64,000 nt of DNA. Origin: Eledone cirrhosa (Eukaryota). The position numbers and the translations under genes are program-made. Positions 27,243-41,146 of the stretch are shown piece after piece; position 1 is the first letter of the stretch; each line of letters opens with the position of its first letter. The notes under the pieces are model-generated. The model saw only the letters and a list, made by a program, of their open reading frames with translations. It was not told the DNA's origin and did no database searches. The stretch lies in NCBI GenBank assembly GCA_964016885.1, contig OZ024742.1:90086001-90150000 (forward strand). The letters run 5' to 3'.

Positions 27243-30200
27243 AACAAATAAATGAATAAATGCTAATAAATAAGTGCAAATAAACAAGTTACATCTAGGA
27301 TTATAGAAAATAATACAAAATATGAAAATAAAATAAATAAAAAATGTTTATATGTAAGAAAAGTAAATATAGTAAGATTATTAAGAGCAGTTGTGGTGTT
27401 GGTGGTTAAAATATAGAGATACAAAGGTATATACATGAAAATGTTAAATATATTTATGTGTTTATTGGTTATTTTAATAAATTAATTATATAATTAATTA
27501 TTTTATTAATGAATTGCAAGTTATATTAGAAGTGAAAATAATATAAGATAAAATGCAAGAGATGAAATAAATTTAGGGAGAGAAATAGAAAGATAGAAAG
27601 TGAAAGAGAGACATATATAATATAAAATATAAAAGGTTTTGATGTTGGTTCATTGACAGATGATGACAATTATAATAATAATGATGATAATTGGATTTAT
27701 AACAGATCTAAGTGGTACAATTAGAGTTATGGAATAGATGGGATGAAATAAGCTCGTCTAAAGTTATCAAATTTGGTCGCCATTTTATGCCTACAGAAAA
27801 TAGTTCTTTCAATTTTGCTGTTAAGTAGCATGTTGTTGTATTTTAACATTTGGAATAACTCCATATTACAAAGACCACACTGGGACATGCCAATTCTATA
27901 GTCTATTGCCGTTGATAACTTCATCCAGCTGATTCTTTATTCCTGGTTTGCTTCATTGATCTGCCAGATTTTATTGGCAAAATTAGCTAAGTTAACAAGT
28001 AGATATTATATAGCATAATACCACAAATTAAAGAAAAACTAATAATTAACCTCTCGGGTAACACTAACGAAGGTATAGATCGGTTTAGCAAACTAGACAA
28101 TAAAGAATCTTCCGACTTCATACAATTTGAACAAAACTACAAAGTATACACTCAATAACATTAACAAGGAAGGACTTAATATAGAAAGAAAAACTTTAAA
28201 TATCTGATAGAACCCTTGTAAGCCCACTTGTAAACCCACTTTTAATTTGAAGGACCATAAATGCAACTTCGAAAATGACCCTTCTATTAGATTAATTTGT
28301 CCATCAAAATCTGATATAGGCAAAATTAGCAAGTATATACTAGATAGAATAATATCACAAATTAAAGAAAAAATCATAATTAAGCTCTGGGGTAACACTA
28401 ACGAAACAATAGAGTGGTTTAGCAAATTAGACAATAAAGAATCTTCCGACTTCATACAATTTGAAGAAAACTACAAACTCTACACTCAATAACATTAACA
28501 AGGAAGGACTTAATATAGTAAAAAAAACTTTAAATATCTGATAGAACCGAACGTCTAACCCCTCGTAAACCTCACTTTTAATTTGAAGGACCATAAATGC
28601 AACTTCGAAAATGATCCTACTATTAGATTAATATGTCCATCAAAATCTGATATAGGCAAAATTAGCAAGTAAATACTAGATAGAATAATATCACAAATTA
28701 AAGAAAAAATCATAATTAAGCTCTGGGGTAACACTAACGAAACAATAGAGTGGTTTAGCAAATTAGACAATAAAGAATCTTCCGTCTTCATACAATTTGA
28801 AGAAAACTACAAACTCTACACTCAATAACATTAACAAGGAAGGACTTAATATAGTAAAAAAAAATTTAAATATCTAATAGAACCGAATGTCTAACCCCTC
28901 GTAAACCCACTTTTTATTTGAAGGACCATAAATGCAACTTCGAAAATGATCCTACTATTAGATTAATATGTCCATCAAAATCTGATATAGGCAAAATTAG
29001 CAAGTATATACTAGATAGAATAATATCACAAGTTTTAAAAAAATCATAATTAAGCTCTGGGGCAACACTAACGAAACAATAGATTGGTTTAGCAAAGTAG
29101 ACAATAAAGAATCTTCCGACTTCATACAATTTTACATTAATGTCTACTACTCTTCTATTTCCTCAGTAACCCTAAATAAGGCATTAACCTTTGCACACTA
29201 AAACTCTGACCTACCACTAGAGGAAATTAAAATAATACTAGCTTCTAGAAGAACAATCATTAGGTTCGATAAGAGTTACTGGGAAAGAAAAAATAGACAA
29301 AATAACTTTGATATCACTATGGGATCGAACGATTCAGCCCAAGTAACGGACATTGTCGGAATATATATAGCACATATTTTACATAGGAATTTGATAACCT
29401 ACAGGGAGAAATTTATAGAGACGATACATTACTTTTAGCTAAAAACCTAAATAATCAAAACTTAGGAAGTTTACGGAAATGGATTAGAAAATTATTCAAT
29501 AAATTAGGCTTTAGCATCACTTTTGAACTCAACTCTAAAAAAGCTAACTTCTTAGATGTATCACTTAACCTAAACACTGGATTAATAGAACCCTTCCATA
29601 AAAATAATGAAAATCTAGCTTACATTAATTATAACTCTAATCACCCTCGCCCCATAATTAACTCCATAGCGCATAGTATATCCCTTAGAATCTCGCGCTT
29701 ATCTTCTAATCTAGAGATTTTTAACGAACACACTAACTACTACAACATAGCTTTACTTAAGGCAGGCCATAAAGAGAGACTCAAATAAATACCAGATACA
29801 AAAAATAACAACACACTTAACAGAAATAACACTCTCCACACCTATAGAAGCAACAAATCTAGGATTAAACATAGACATTGGCAACAAGCACGAGAATTAA
29901 TTGAACCGAATACTAATATAAAGACCACTAGAAACTATAGAAGATGCAGAGATAGAAAATACTTATGGTTCAATCCAATATTTAACTCTATAAAAACAAA
30001 ACTACGTTATAATTTCTTTAAATTAGTTGTCAAACACTTCCCTAAACTTCATAAATATCATAAAATCTTTAATAGAAAAACTATCAAACTATCTTTCTCC
30101 ACTGCCAACAGCATAGAATCGCACATACATGAAATTAACTATAAGAGAAATCTCTAATACAATTAGCCCGCAAACAAGTACCAGAACACCAAATATAAAA

Positions 30201-31955
30201 CACAAACACATTACATCATCAAAACCAAATACCCGTCAGAACACATCACCACAATACATCAACAAACCCAATTCTCAGCACATATATATCAACATACAAA
30301 ACCATATCGAGGAACCGGCACATAGGGTGGCATCAAAATGTAACTGTCATCTACCTGATAAATGCCGATTACAAAATAGATGCCTGGAATCAAATATAAT
30401 GTACCTATGTACTATAAATTCAGGCAATTTAGCATGGCACTACATAGGGCCCGCAGCGGGGGGGGGGGGCAAGAAAAGGTGGCTGTCCACAGACACTCTA
30501 TAAATAGCAGGAAGCTTATGAATACAACAACGCTCGCCAATAAAATCTGGCAGATCAAAGATGCACACCAGTAATACAGAATCAGCTGGATGCAGTTATC
30601 AACAACAATAGCCTATAGAATTGGCATGTCCCACTGTGGTCTTTGTAATATGGAGCTATTCCAAATTTTAAGATACAACAAAATGCTCCTTAACAGTAAA
30701 ATTGAAAAACTATTTTCTGTAGGTATAAAACGGCGACCAAATTTGATAACTTTAGACGAACTTAATTCATCCCATCTATTCGATAACTCTAATTGTACCA
30801 CTTCGATCTATTATAATATCCAATTATCATCATTATTATTATAATTATTATTAGGTTAACTTTGCCTTTCATCATTACGGGGTCGATAAAATAAAGTACC
30901 AGTAATGCACTGGGCATTTCCTGGCCTTGTGCCAAAAGTAGAAATAATTATTATTATAATTGTCATCATCTGTCAATGGATCAACATCATAACCTATTAT
31001 ATTTTATATATTATTTTATATATATCTCTCTTTACTTTTCACTTTCTATCTTTCTATTTCTCTCCCTAAATTTATTTCATCTCTTGCATTTTATCTCATA
31101 TTATTTTCACTTCTAATATAACTTGCAATTAATTAATCAAAAAATTAATTATATAATTAATTTATTAAAATAACCAATACACACATAAATATATTTAACA
31201 TTTTCATGTTTATACCTTCGTATCTCTATATTTTAACCACCAACACCACAACTTGTCTCAATAATCTTACTGTGTTTACTTTTCTTCGCACATATAAACA
31301 TTTTTCATTTATTTATTTTCATATTTTGTATTATTTTGTATCATCCTAGATGTAACTTGTTTATTAGCATTTATTTATTAGCATTTATTCATTTATTGTT
31401 GATATCATTATTTTTCCCTTTATTTTTATTTTTATTTCCCTTTATTTCTTATTTATCCTTTTCTGTTCTCTTTCTAACATCTATTCTCTCTGTCTTTTTC
31501 TTTTTTCCGTTCTCCTTTGTCTTTCTTTCGTCTCTCTATCTCTCTTTTGTTTTTCTCTCTATATCTTTATTATTATTATTATTAATGATGCTGTAATTTG
31601 AATTCGTAAAGATACTGGAAATATAACAATTATCTCCGATGATCTGGTTAAGCTAACAACGTATTGAAAATTGAGTAGCTCTGCTTCAAGTGTTCAGCAA
31701 TATTTAGACAACTTAATCAGTGAAACAATTGTGAGGCTGTAAATAAAACCCTTTTTTGTAATTGACCATGTTGTTCTTCACTCTTTCAATATTATTACTC
31801 CAGGATAAAATAACACAGGAATACAAGAGAACTCATAAACTCGCCACCTACGTAAACCTCTTGTTGAGTCAAATAACGCCGTGCGCTAAACTATCCATAA
31901 TACGAAGTATTCACAGCCTCTAACTGGATTACCTATAACGATATTTTGTTATCTG

Positions 31956-31960
<5 letters not shown>
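27243..31960 (+). mobile_element. PLE (RT + GIY-YIG, CxCx5C) with inverted 3' copy at 27243-27975 and internal ~335-bp triplication
   Basis: RLICPSKSDIGKISK repeats, DITMGSNDSAQVTD, YRDD near 29415, CNCHLPDKC; 27243-27975 is the reverse complement of about 30540-31400; decayed CCGATGA...GAAA at 31636-31670. Confidence 0.88.
30855..30955 (+). mobile_element. 5'-truncated SINE (same family as 19240-19425)
   Basis: ttaactttgcctttcatc...gataaaataaagtaccagtaatgcactgg...ggccttgtgccaaaagtagaaa; absent from the inverted copy near 27670. Confidence 0.8.
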
Positions 31961-31988
<28 letters not shown>

Positions 31989-32375
31989 CCCACCCCTCTG
32001 ACCCCTCCTCATCCACACACGCACACACACCGACCTACACCCACCCCACACAGACCTTTTCCTGAACATGGAACCTCGTTCTTCCCCCAACTCTCACGTT
32101 CAAATACACACACACGTACACCTACACACACACACCACCTTCAGCCCTCCCCGCTCGGACACCCTGCCTCCCTTTCCCCACTCCACCCGCCACCACCCCT
32201 ACACGCCCCACACGCTTCCACCACTTGTTTATCTTCATGTTTATTTTTATTTTTATTATTTTTTATATTTATTTTCATTTGTACCCCTTCCACCGTTTCC
32301 TCTCACCCCCTTTTTTCTAAATGTCTCTCCCCCACTCCCTTACACAACCTTGGAACTCTCTTCCCACACACTTTT

Positions 32376-32410
32376 CGCCTGAAGAAGGGCCCATGCCCGA
32401 AACCTCGCCC
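32376..32410 (+). ncRNA. Minimal hammerhead motif (partly decayed) near the 3' end of a TA-flanked unit
   Basis: gc-CTGAAGA-a-gggc/ccat/gccc-GAAA-cc-TC-gc. Confidence 0.5.
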
Positions 32411-32492
32411 CCCCCCCCCTCCACAATCTCAAGACCGTGAAAATAATAAACTTTGTTCGTACTGCCTCTTTGTTTTGTTCCCGTTCCATTTT

Positions 32493-32554
<62 letters not shown>

Positions 32555-32559
<5 letters not shown>

Positions 32560-33302
32560 GAATAATCGAGAATCGGAAAGTCAGCTTATGAATTTACGAT
32601 AAACAAATCCGATATGCGTAGCAGAGGGCTCAATAATTTGGGTAAATCAGAGCTATAACTATCGTTAAAATGCTAACACATAGAGATCATGTCTAAAATC
32701 ACCCAACAGCCGAAAGAACGACCAGGAAGATTCGGGTTAACTCAAATAAAATATCAATAAATCAATAAATTAAATGAATATAAAAACTTACCCGGACCCG
32801 CTAGGAAGATGTTAAATCTAGCTTCATGGGTTTCTGCAATTCCTTACTCCGATCACCATCAGCCCACATAAAAATATATATGAGACTTCTAGAGAAGGGG
32901 GGACGGTAGAAAAGCTTCTTCAACGGGAAATCCGTCCGATAATGAGAAGGAACCCCGTAGCTAAATACGCACATGGTTTTCAGCAAGAGAGATAACCTCC
33001 ACATTAGCGAAAAAATCTTCGGTAATGTGTAAATCTCGTAAAAATACAAAATATCACATATCGAATCAGAGTGCTCGATGGACGTGTTAAAATAAACAAG
33101 AGCCATTCATCAGTCAATAAAATCGACATAGAACAAATAAAATTAACTGGTCAATGGCTAACATCTAGAGATAAATATAGTAGAATAATCGAGAATCGGA
33201 AAGTCAGCTTATGAATTTACGATAAACAAATCCGATATGCGTAGCAGAGGGCTCAATAATTTGGGTAAATCAGAGCTATAACTATCGTTAAAATGCTAAC
33301 AC
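32555..33302. mobile_element. Non-coding unit with ~125-bp direct terminal repeat (pseudo-LTR-like)
   Basis: agtagaataatcgagaatcgg...aatgctaacaca at 32555-32680 and 33179-33303; left end in (TA)n. Confidence 0.7.
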
Positions 33303-33319
33303 ATTTGTTAGCATTATTG

Positions 33320-33389
33320 CCTCGTCTGACGAACGAATGAAGACGTTTCTTTCGTATTCGCCTCATTCGGGAAACCTTTGGTAATGAGG
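33320..33389 (+). ncRNA. Type I hammerhead ribozyme
   Basis: cctcgt-CTGACGA-a-cgaatga...tcattcg-g-GAAA-cc/ttt/gg-TA-atgagg; all three stems can pair; GUA site. Confidence 0.82.
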
Positions 33390-33523
33390 TAATTATATTG
33401 TATTGATTTTTATACATTAAATTTTGCTCTGATACTTACATAGAGCACTCTTCACTTCTATGACCTTTTCTGTTTCCAACGGAAATTTCAATACATAACT
33501 ATATATATATGTATATATATATA

Positions 33524-33910
33524 TATTAATAAAAGGAATTCCAACTTTGTCTGATTTACTCGTTTTATTTACAATCCTTTAAAATTATAATGATATTAGA
33601 ATGAAATAGTATGGTAGAATATTAAATGTTAAATGTTAATTCAACAAGTACTTTCATACTTTCGCAATCTTCAGGTTAATATTCTGTGGTGACAGTCGAG
33701 TTTGCAATATTCGACTGTGAAAAATGCAAACTTGACTGTCACTCCAGAATATGAACTTGAAGATTGCGAAAGCATGAAATTACTTGTTCAGTTAACACTT
33801 AACATTTAATATTCTGCCATACTATTTCATTCTAATACCATTATAATTTTAAAGGATTGTAAATAAAACGAGTAAATCAGACAAAGTTGGAATTCCTTTT
33901 AATAATATAA
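33524..33910. mobile_element. Fold-back with one HHR in each arm (33641-33679 minus; 33752-33790 plus)
   Basis: Minus: ttaac-CTGAAGA-ttgc/gaaa/gtat-GAAA-gtac-TT-gttga. Plus: tgaac-TTGAAGA-ttgc/gaaa/gcat-GAAA-ttac-TT-gttca. Confidence 0.8.
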
Positions 33911-34063
33911 TCTTCTATACACAATCATGCACACCCGTGTATATATATATAGAAGGATTTAAATGGATACAGTTCAGTTAAAAGGAATTTATTGACACGT
34001 GTTTCAATAACAGTTACATAACCTGAAAACAGCTGCTATCTACAAAGTATTAATTATGCAGAC

Positions 34064-34108
34064 ACTCAATATTTCAATGTTATTATCAACCATCATTTCA
34101 TCAGAATA
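34064..34108 (-). ncRNA. Hammerhead-like motif (probably decayed)
   Basis: att-CTGATGA-aatg...catt-GAAA-tattg-agt. Confidence 0.45.
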
Positions 34109-34637
34109 ATTTTATTGAGAACCTGTTTGGTTTTTATAGAGAATATTAAGAGGGACGGGTGAAGTTGTTAGAAGAATAGTTAAGGGAGTGGATAGAGATT
34201 TTTTTGATAGCAGTGAGAATTTTTGGTAGCAGTGAGTAATTAGATTCCCATCTGTTGTTTTGACATTTTTATTTGGCGTTGGTTATTTTTCTAAATCTAT
34301 AGAAGGATTAGAGATAGTAAAGATATGCATGGTTGGTTTTGTGCTTGCACTTAATTAACATACAGGCTTAAATTTTTCTTTCCAGTGTACGTATCCTTTC
34401 GCCCACGCATTCACACACAAACATATATGCACACCCCTACAAAATACGTACACTCACATACACATACATACATACTCATACTTACATACATATATACATG
34501 TACATATATATATATACATATATATACATATATATATGTACATACATACGCATTCATGTGTATACATTTTCATACTAAACTTATCTTCATATACACACGT
34601 ATAGACACACACATATATAGATACATACTCCTGTCTA

Positions 34638-34669
<32 letters not shown>

Positions 34670-34670
<1 letters not shown>

Positions 34671-36160
34671 TTCGTTTCTGAATTTGTTTATCAAGATTCT
34701 TTATCTGAAATCGTGTGTTGAAACCGATATTGTTATACTTTGGGAGGGTCATTAGAGTTACTATAGACTACCCAAGTAAACACCCCAACCATCGATTACC
34801 TGTACTAGACACAGAGCTCTGGTTAGATATCATTAATAATAAAAAAACAAATCCTCCATTCCCATTATGCCAAACCCATGACTTCCAAACATCTGATCCA
34901 CCGAAACTCGGCCGTTTCGGACCATACCAAAATCAACATACTGATTGCGGATTTGGTAAGGGTGATGAGAAACGTGTCCCGCATGTGCAACCCCGAATCA
35001 CTAGAGAGACACATACAACACTTCATCCACCGTATGCAGTTCTCTGGTTACAGTCAGAGAGATAAAATCAGAGTGTATAGAGGAGCCAGAACCAAATGGG
35101 AAAAAATGGTAAATAATGACATAAATGGGACCTGCCCCTTGTATAGGAGCAAATTTTGGAATAGAATAGAAAGAACTAGGAATAAGGCTAATAGAATAAA
35201 CTCATGGTATGATAGCAATAAATACCAGAGTGTAATGTTCATCGATACAACCCCTAGAGGTGAATTAGCTTACAAATTTAGAAGGGCCCTAGATAAACAT
35301 AAACTCAATATTAAGATAGTAGAAAGACCAGGTACCTCCGTAAAAACACTTATTAGCAAGACATACCCTTTTCAAAGACCCTCATGTATAGATAAGAAAT
35401 GTATAACCTGTAAAATAAGCCCCCATATTAACTGTAAAACTAGAAATGTAGTGTATAGCATAAGATGTACTGAAGGACAATGTAGAGACAAAAATATAGT
35501 GTACATAGGTGAGACAGCTCGTAGTGTAGGGGAACGGATAAATGAACACTGGCCAGACCTTCAAGATAGTAAAGAATCATCTGTACTCTACCAACATGCT
35601 AAAATAGAACACAAGGGTAAATTAGAGAACATAGAAATAAAAATAGAATCTACACACAGAAAAGACGCAATGTTTAGACAAATCACACAGGCAATAAACA
35701 TAAAAGAATTACAACCAAAATTAAATAGAAAATATGAGTGGAACAGCAACATCACAACTTACAATTAAGGACAAAATGAAAACACACACACTCATAGAAC
35801 AAACAACCAACCAGTAACATGTAAATAAACAAATAAATAAATGAACATAAACACACACAGACACCCGGATGTGGCGCATGCGCAGACTGAGCACACAACA
35901 CACACACAGAAACAAAATGGCGTAGGACAGAACAAAGGAGAGGCACAAAAACAAAGAAAGGAATCCCCAGTCACTGAAGAGGTCACAGAGTGTGTGACGA
36001 AAGAACTATGACAATATATAAACAACTATCTGGTTGTGGAACCAACCAACCAACCAGAAATTTATATATTTATAAATTTATTATAATAAATTGATGTGAA
36101 AGCAACTGGTGCGTGTGTTTCTTATTGGCAACATGACCCTCCCAAAGTATAACAATATAT
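34670..36160 (+). mobile_element. 5'-truncated Neptune-type PLE (thumb + Cx4CxxC linker + GIY-YIG) with 3' pseudo-LTR; short inverted ORF-start fragment at 34670-34752
   Basis: LPVLDTELW; 296-aa ORF 34878-35768 with CIDKKCITC, NVVYSIRC, YIGETARSVGERINEH, PKLN; CTGAAGA-g-gtcaca/gagtg/tgtgac-GAAA at about 35974-36002; ends atgaccctcccaaagtataacaat|(TA)n. Confidence 0.9.
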
Positions 36161-36469
36161 ATATATATATGTATATATAAACACTTTAATACATGAATAC
36201 ACATACATCTAACTATACACATCAAACATATATATATATTTACTTATTTATATACATTTTCACATATATATACATACATATGGTCGCTTTTAAGACACAT
36301 TCATTATAGCATATTCGCACCTATTCTCATCAGCATATCTATCCATTATTAGTGTGGTAATTTAAGGTTATTAATATACATATATATGTTGAGAAGAGAT
36401 TGTTTTTATATTTTTCTAACTAGATTGAGGTTTATATAGTTGGGGGGTTGTCCCTCTTTTATATAATAT

Positions 36470-37280
36470 TCAGCTTGTAGTGGGAAAAAAGGGTTTTAGT
36501 TCGGTGACGGCAGAATAATGTTCGTTCAATTCTGTTATTAAGCAATTTCTTCTTGTGTGTGATTATGTAATAAATTTCAAGATTACACAATTTGCAGAAA
36601 TTTTGGCTCCTGGAAAAGCTTTGGGTTTTAGTAAAAATGCCTATATAATCGAGATTTAAACGATGTTGCCGTTGATCCCACGTAATACCACTCGTTGCCT
36701 CCGGATTTAATGGTACACTTATAGATGATATTTTTTTTCCAGGCAGTTATTGCCGAGGAGGCAATTGTCAGGATAGGTGCAGTTACAGTTGTGTACGTTG
36801 GTTTTGTAGTTAGGTTTACTCTGGAGTAGTATTACGGACGAACTTGGGTGTGGTTTATTTATGTTCTGTAGTGTATTGTCTACTGGTTTTTTGTGTTCTT
36901 TGTACTTAAGTTTATAGTGTTTTCGTTTAACCTTCTAGTATTGATTTTTTTTATGTGTTGTTCAAGGTTTAACGCTGTAGAGTATGACAGTCTTATAGTG
37001 GTAGGGTTTAGGATTTTGTGGTATTTGTGTGATGTAGGAAAATGTCTCTTAACTATTTTAAAGAAGGGTACTGGTAAATTTGTACTAATGGAACTATTGT
37101 ATTCAGGGTTATACCATAAGTACTCTTTGCATCGCTTTCTATTAGTTTTGTTTGTTGGTTTACTGGTGTGTATACTATGGTAGTAAGTGTGGTTTGGTGT
37201 TGTGTTATTATATCTACCTATGTGGGATTTATTTTGGGTGTTCTGATTGTTTTCATCTATATACTCTATTTTCTCCGGAT
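36470..37280 (-). mobile_element. PLE fragment (linker + GIY-YIG, CxCx5C)
   Basis: YLWYNPEYN...HFPTSHKYHKILNPTTIRLSYST; aactgtaactgcacctatcctgacaattgc gives NCNCTYPDNC. Confidence 0.8.
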
Positions 37281-37382
37281 TACTTTTGAAACTACAACTG
37301 GAACCGTCGAGCAAACTCTACGTGAGCTGTCCATCTACTGTGTGTAATATTTATATCACAACACTACGGAAAATACTATACT

Positions 37383-37491
<109 letters not shown>

Positions 37492-37509
37492 ATTATATAT
37501 ATATATATA

Positions 37510-39623
37510 TATTGTTATACTTGGAGAGGGTCATATTGTTGTAATAATGTTGCCAAAATTAAGAACAGAACACACTCACTGTTTGTTGGTTGGTTTCCGC
37601 TTCTGTATCTTTTATATCAGTTAATTTATTCGGTCCTCAATGTTTACCATTGACTGACAAACGGTAAAAAAGTACATATATAATATAGACACAAACACAT
37701 ATATATAGTTTAACAAAGTTCTTTCGTTGCACATCTGCAACATCGTCAGTGGTGCTATTATTACGTTCCTCCTATTTTATTGTATATCTACGCTATCTTT
37801 ATTTAATCTCTTTATTTATTTATTTATTTTTGTCTTCTCTGCGCTTGTGTTTGCGTGTATGTATAGTGTTGCGTGTGTGTTCGCATTTAGGTAACTGTGT
37901 TTTGGTTATTGTATTCTATCTTAGATTACTAGTGTATGTTTATATGTGTTTGTTGTTATTGTGCTTGTGTATATATTTATTTATTTATTTATTTATATTT
38001 CTCTTAGGTCAGTATTCTTTGTTTGGGTGTTGTTATTCCATTCATTTTTTCTGTTTAGCTTTGGCCTTCTAAGTTCTATTTCACTTGCCTCTCCGATTTG
38101 CTTATCTGCAGGGTCATTTCTATGTTTAGATATTATTTTAATTTTGATGTTGTCTATGTTACCCTCATGTTGTTGTCTGGCATGTTCGTATAGTACTGAA
38201 CCGTTTTTTCGTCCTTTTAGTTCCCCCCAGTGTTGGTCTATCATTTCACCTATGCTACGAGCTATCTCGCCTATGTATGTTGTTGTTATGTTTCTGCAAG
38301 TACCCTCTATACATATTATGCTATAGACTACGTTTCTAGTTTTACAGTTTATCCGGGAGGTTACTTTACATATAATACATTTCCTATTAGTACAGTGGGT
38401 TTTCTTAAAAGGGTATATTTTGCTGATCAGGGATTTTATGGTAGTTCCTGGCTTTTCTACCACCTTAATCTTTAAGAGGGTCTTTCTCAGGGCCGTTCTA
38501 CACTGGTTAGCTAATTTCCTTCCAGGGGTAGCGTCCACGAATATGACACTTTGGTATCTCTGTTTGTCGTACCATGAGGTGGCTTTCCTTATCTCATGTA
38601 TAGTCTTATCTAAGCTATTCCATGATTTGCTCCTGTATAATGGGCAAATTCCTTTCATGTCCAATTCTATGAGGGTCTTATACTTCTCCGCGGCTCCTTC
38701 GTATACTCTGATTCTGTCTCTTTGGTTGTATCAAGTGAACTGCATGCAGTTGATGATGTGTTGGATGTGTCTTTCCATTTCTGTTGGATCGCACATGCGG
38801 GACACGTTCCTCGTCACTCGTACCAAGTCTGCGATCACGATATTAAACTTACCACTACTGGACATTGATGCGTTTTTGAGTATCAGGTATTTGGGGGCCA
38901 TGGGTTTAGCGTAGTGTGAGTGGAGAATTTAGGCCCTCTCGTCTATAGTGTTAATCCAGACTTCCGTGTCGAATACAGGTAGTCTACTGTTAGAGTGTTT
39001 GGAAGGGTAGTCGATAGTTTCAGTTATACTCTGGTGTATGGAATTAGCTATCTGCTGGATGCATTCCATTGTGCTACATTCTAAATCATACTTGCTAGTA
39101 CTCTCTTGTGGGGGTGTCCTTATTACTATATTAATATCGTCTACGTAACGAGAGTACATGATGAGGTCTATGGAGCCCTCATCAAGGAGTTCCTTGACTC
39201 CCCTTTTTCACCATACCATAAAAAGGTTGGCAACATCTCCAGCGATGCTGTCGCCAATGGCTGCTCCCTCATTTTGGGTGTAGATCTTCTCGTTGAATTT
39301 GAATATGTGGCCTTTTAGGGTAGTTTTAATACTAGCCTCTATTGCATGTGCGACCATCTTTCTTACCTGATCGTTGTTTTGTGGGTCCGTATGACTTTGA
39401 TCCACCCAATCCACCTACCCATGTGAGTCCTTATTGCCATTGAGGTTATGGAGGGGGTATACCTCTTATGAGTCTACTGGGGCAGAAACGGCGAATCTCA
39501 TGGCTGTCTAGGTAGTCAGTGTCATAGGTAGGTCTAAGTAGGAGGCCCAGGTCGTCTGTGACAAGGTCGCAGAACTCCATCTCACGCTCACTGATCATCT
39601 CCACACATTTTTTCACAGCAAAA
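37510..39623 (-). mobile_element. Degenerate Neptune-type PLE (RT + GIY-YIG) with 3' pseudo-LTR and HHR motif at about 37712-37751
   Basis: IFKFNEKIYTQNEGAAIG, RYVDDINI, LPVFDTEVW, CTNRKCIIC, YIGE; CTGACGA-t-gttgca/gatg/tgcaac-GAAA. Confidence 0.88.
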
Positions 39624-40150
39624 TCTAAACTATAATAAAGGAAGGTCTGCGGGACTGCGTACGGTTTATTTTTTGTTATCCCGTTTGTAAAATAAGTTGG
39701 ATTATTTTGAATAAATAATGAATGAATATTACATAATTTATCTACTAAATTTCGTAAACAAAAATAATTTCGTAAATATAAATAATTTAAAATTGTCTTC
39801 TTTTCAAAGTTGCACTTCCGGTATATCGTTACCACCACCACCACCACTTCAACTACCATATATATATATATATACTTCCGGTGGCGATCGCTTAAATAAA
39901 GATACTATTTTTCTGTCACTAAATTTCTCCTAATGCAGTTTATATATAATATCGTCTTCTTTTAATGTATCATGGATTACGTTACTGATTACATAAGACA
40001 ATGTAGCACAGTCTTCTTTCAATTTCTGTGTATATTGTCAATTACGATTTTATTTGAACATATCTACATGTATATATACTTGCGTATAATATCAATATAC
40101 ACACTACACATGCTAACAGAAAACCAGCCTTCGCGTGGTTTTTCTGCTAG
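39624..40150 (+). mobile_element. Non-autonomous Helitron
   Basis: A|TC start at 39624; terminal hairpin agaaaacca-gccttcgcg-tggtttttct then CTAG|T at 40147-40150. Confidence 0.7.
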
Positions 40151-40341
40151 TATATATAATTATTTATATATAATTCTATAAAAAAATATATATATTGTTT
40201 ATTACATAACTATAAATATATATAAACATATAATTATATATGGTAACGAGTAGAACACCGACGGCTGAGCTCAAGCCGTTTCGATGGCTAATTCTGAACT
40301 AAATATTGTCCACCTGCGTCCTTACCACATTTCCTTCGTCA

Positions 40342-40433
<92 letters not shown>

Positions 40434-40493
40434 TATATATATATATATATATATAATTACATATATATATAAATATAATTATATATACATATA

Positions 40494-40551
<58 letters not shown>

Positions 40552-40599
40552 TATATATATATATATATATATAATTATATATATATATATAAATATAAT

Positions 40600-40691
<92 letters not shown>

Positions 40692-40886
40692 TATATATAT
40701 ATAAATATAATTATATATACATTTATAATTATATATATATATAACGAAGGAAATGTGGTAAGGAAACAGGTGGACCATAACGCATCAAAGTACTTAATAC
40801 TTCGGGTAGTAGAGTGGGTAATAGGAACAAGTAAGACCCCGACGGCTGAGCTCAAGCCGTTTCGACGGCTAATTCTGGACTATATA

Positions 40887-40956
<70 letters not shown>

Positions 40957-41146
40957 TAACGAAGGAAATGTGGTAAGGAACCAGGTGGACCATATTTAGT
41001 TCAGAATTAGCCGTCGAAACGGCTTGAGCTCAGCCGTCGGGGTCCTACTCGTTCCCATATATAATTATATATATATATATTTATAGTTATGTAATAATCA
41101 ATATATATATTTATTTATAGAATTATATATAAATAATTATATATAC

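Noticed and set aside
32801-33106. 101-aa minus-strand ORF and CTGATGG...GAAA motif
   Set aside because: No domain similarity recognised; the HHR core and stems are too degenerate to call.
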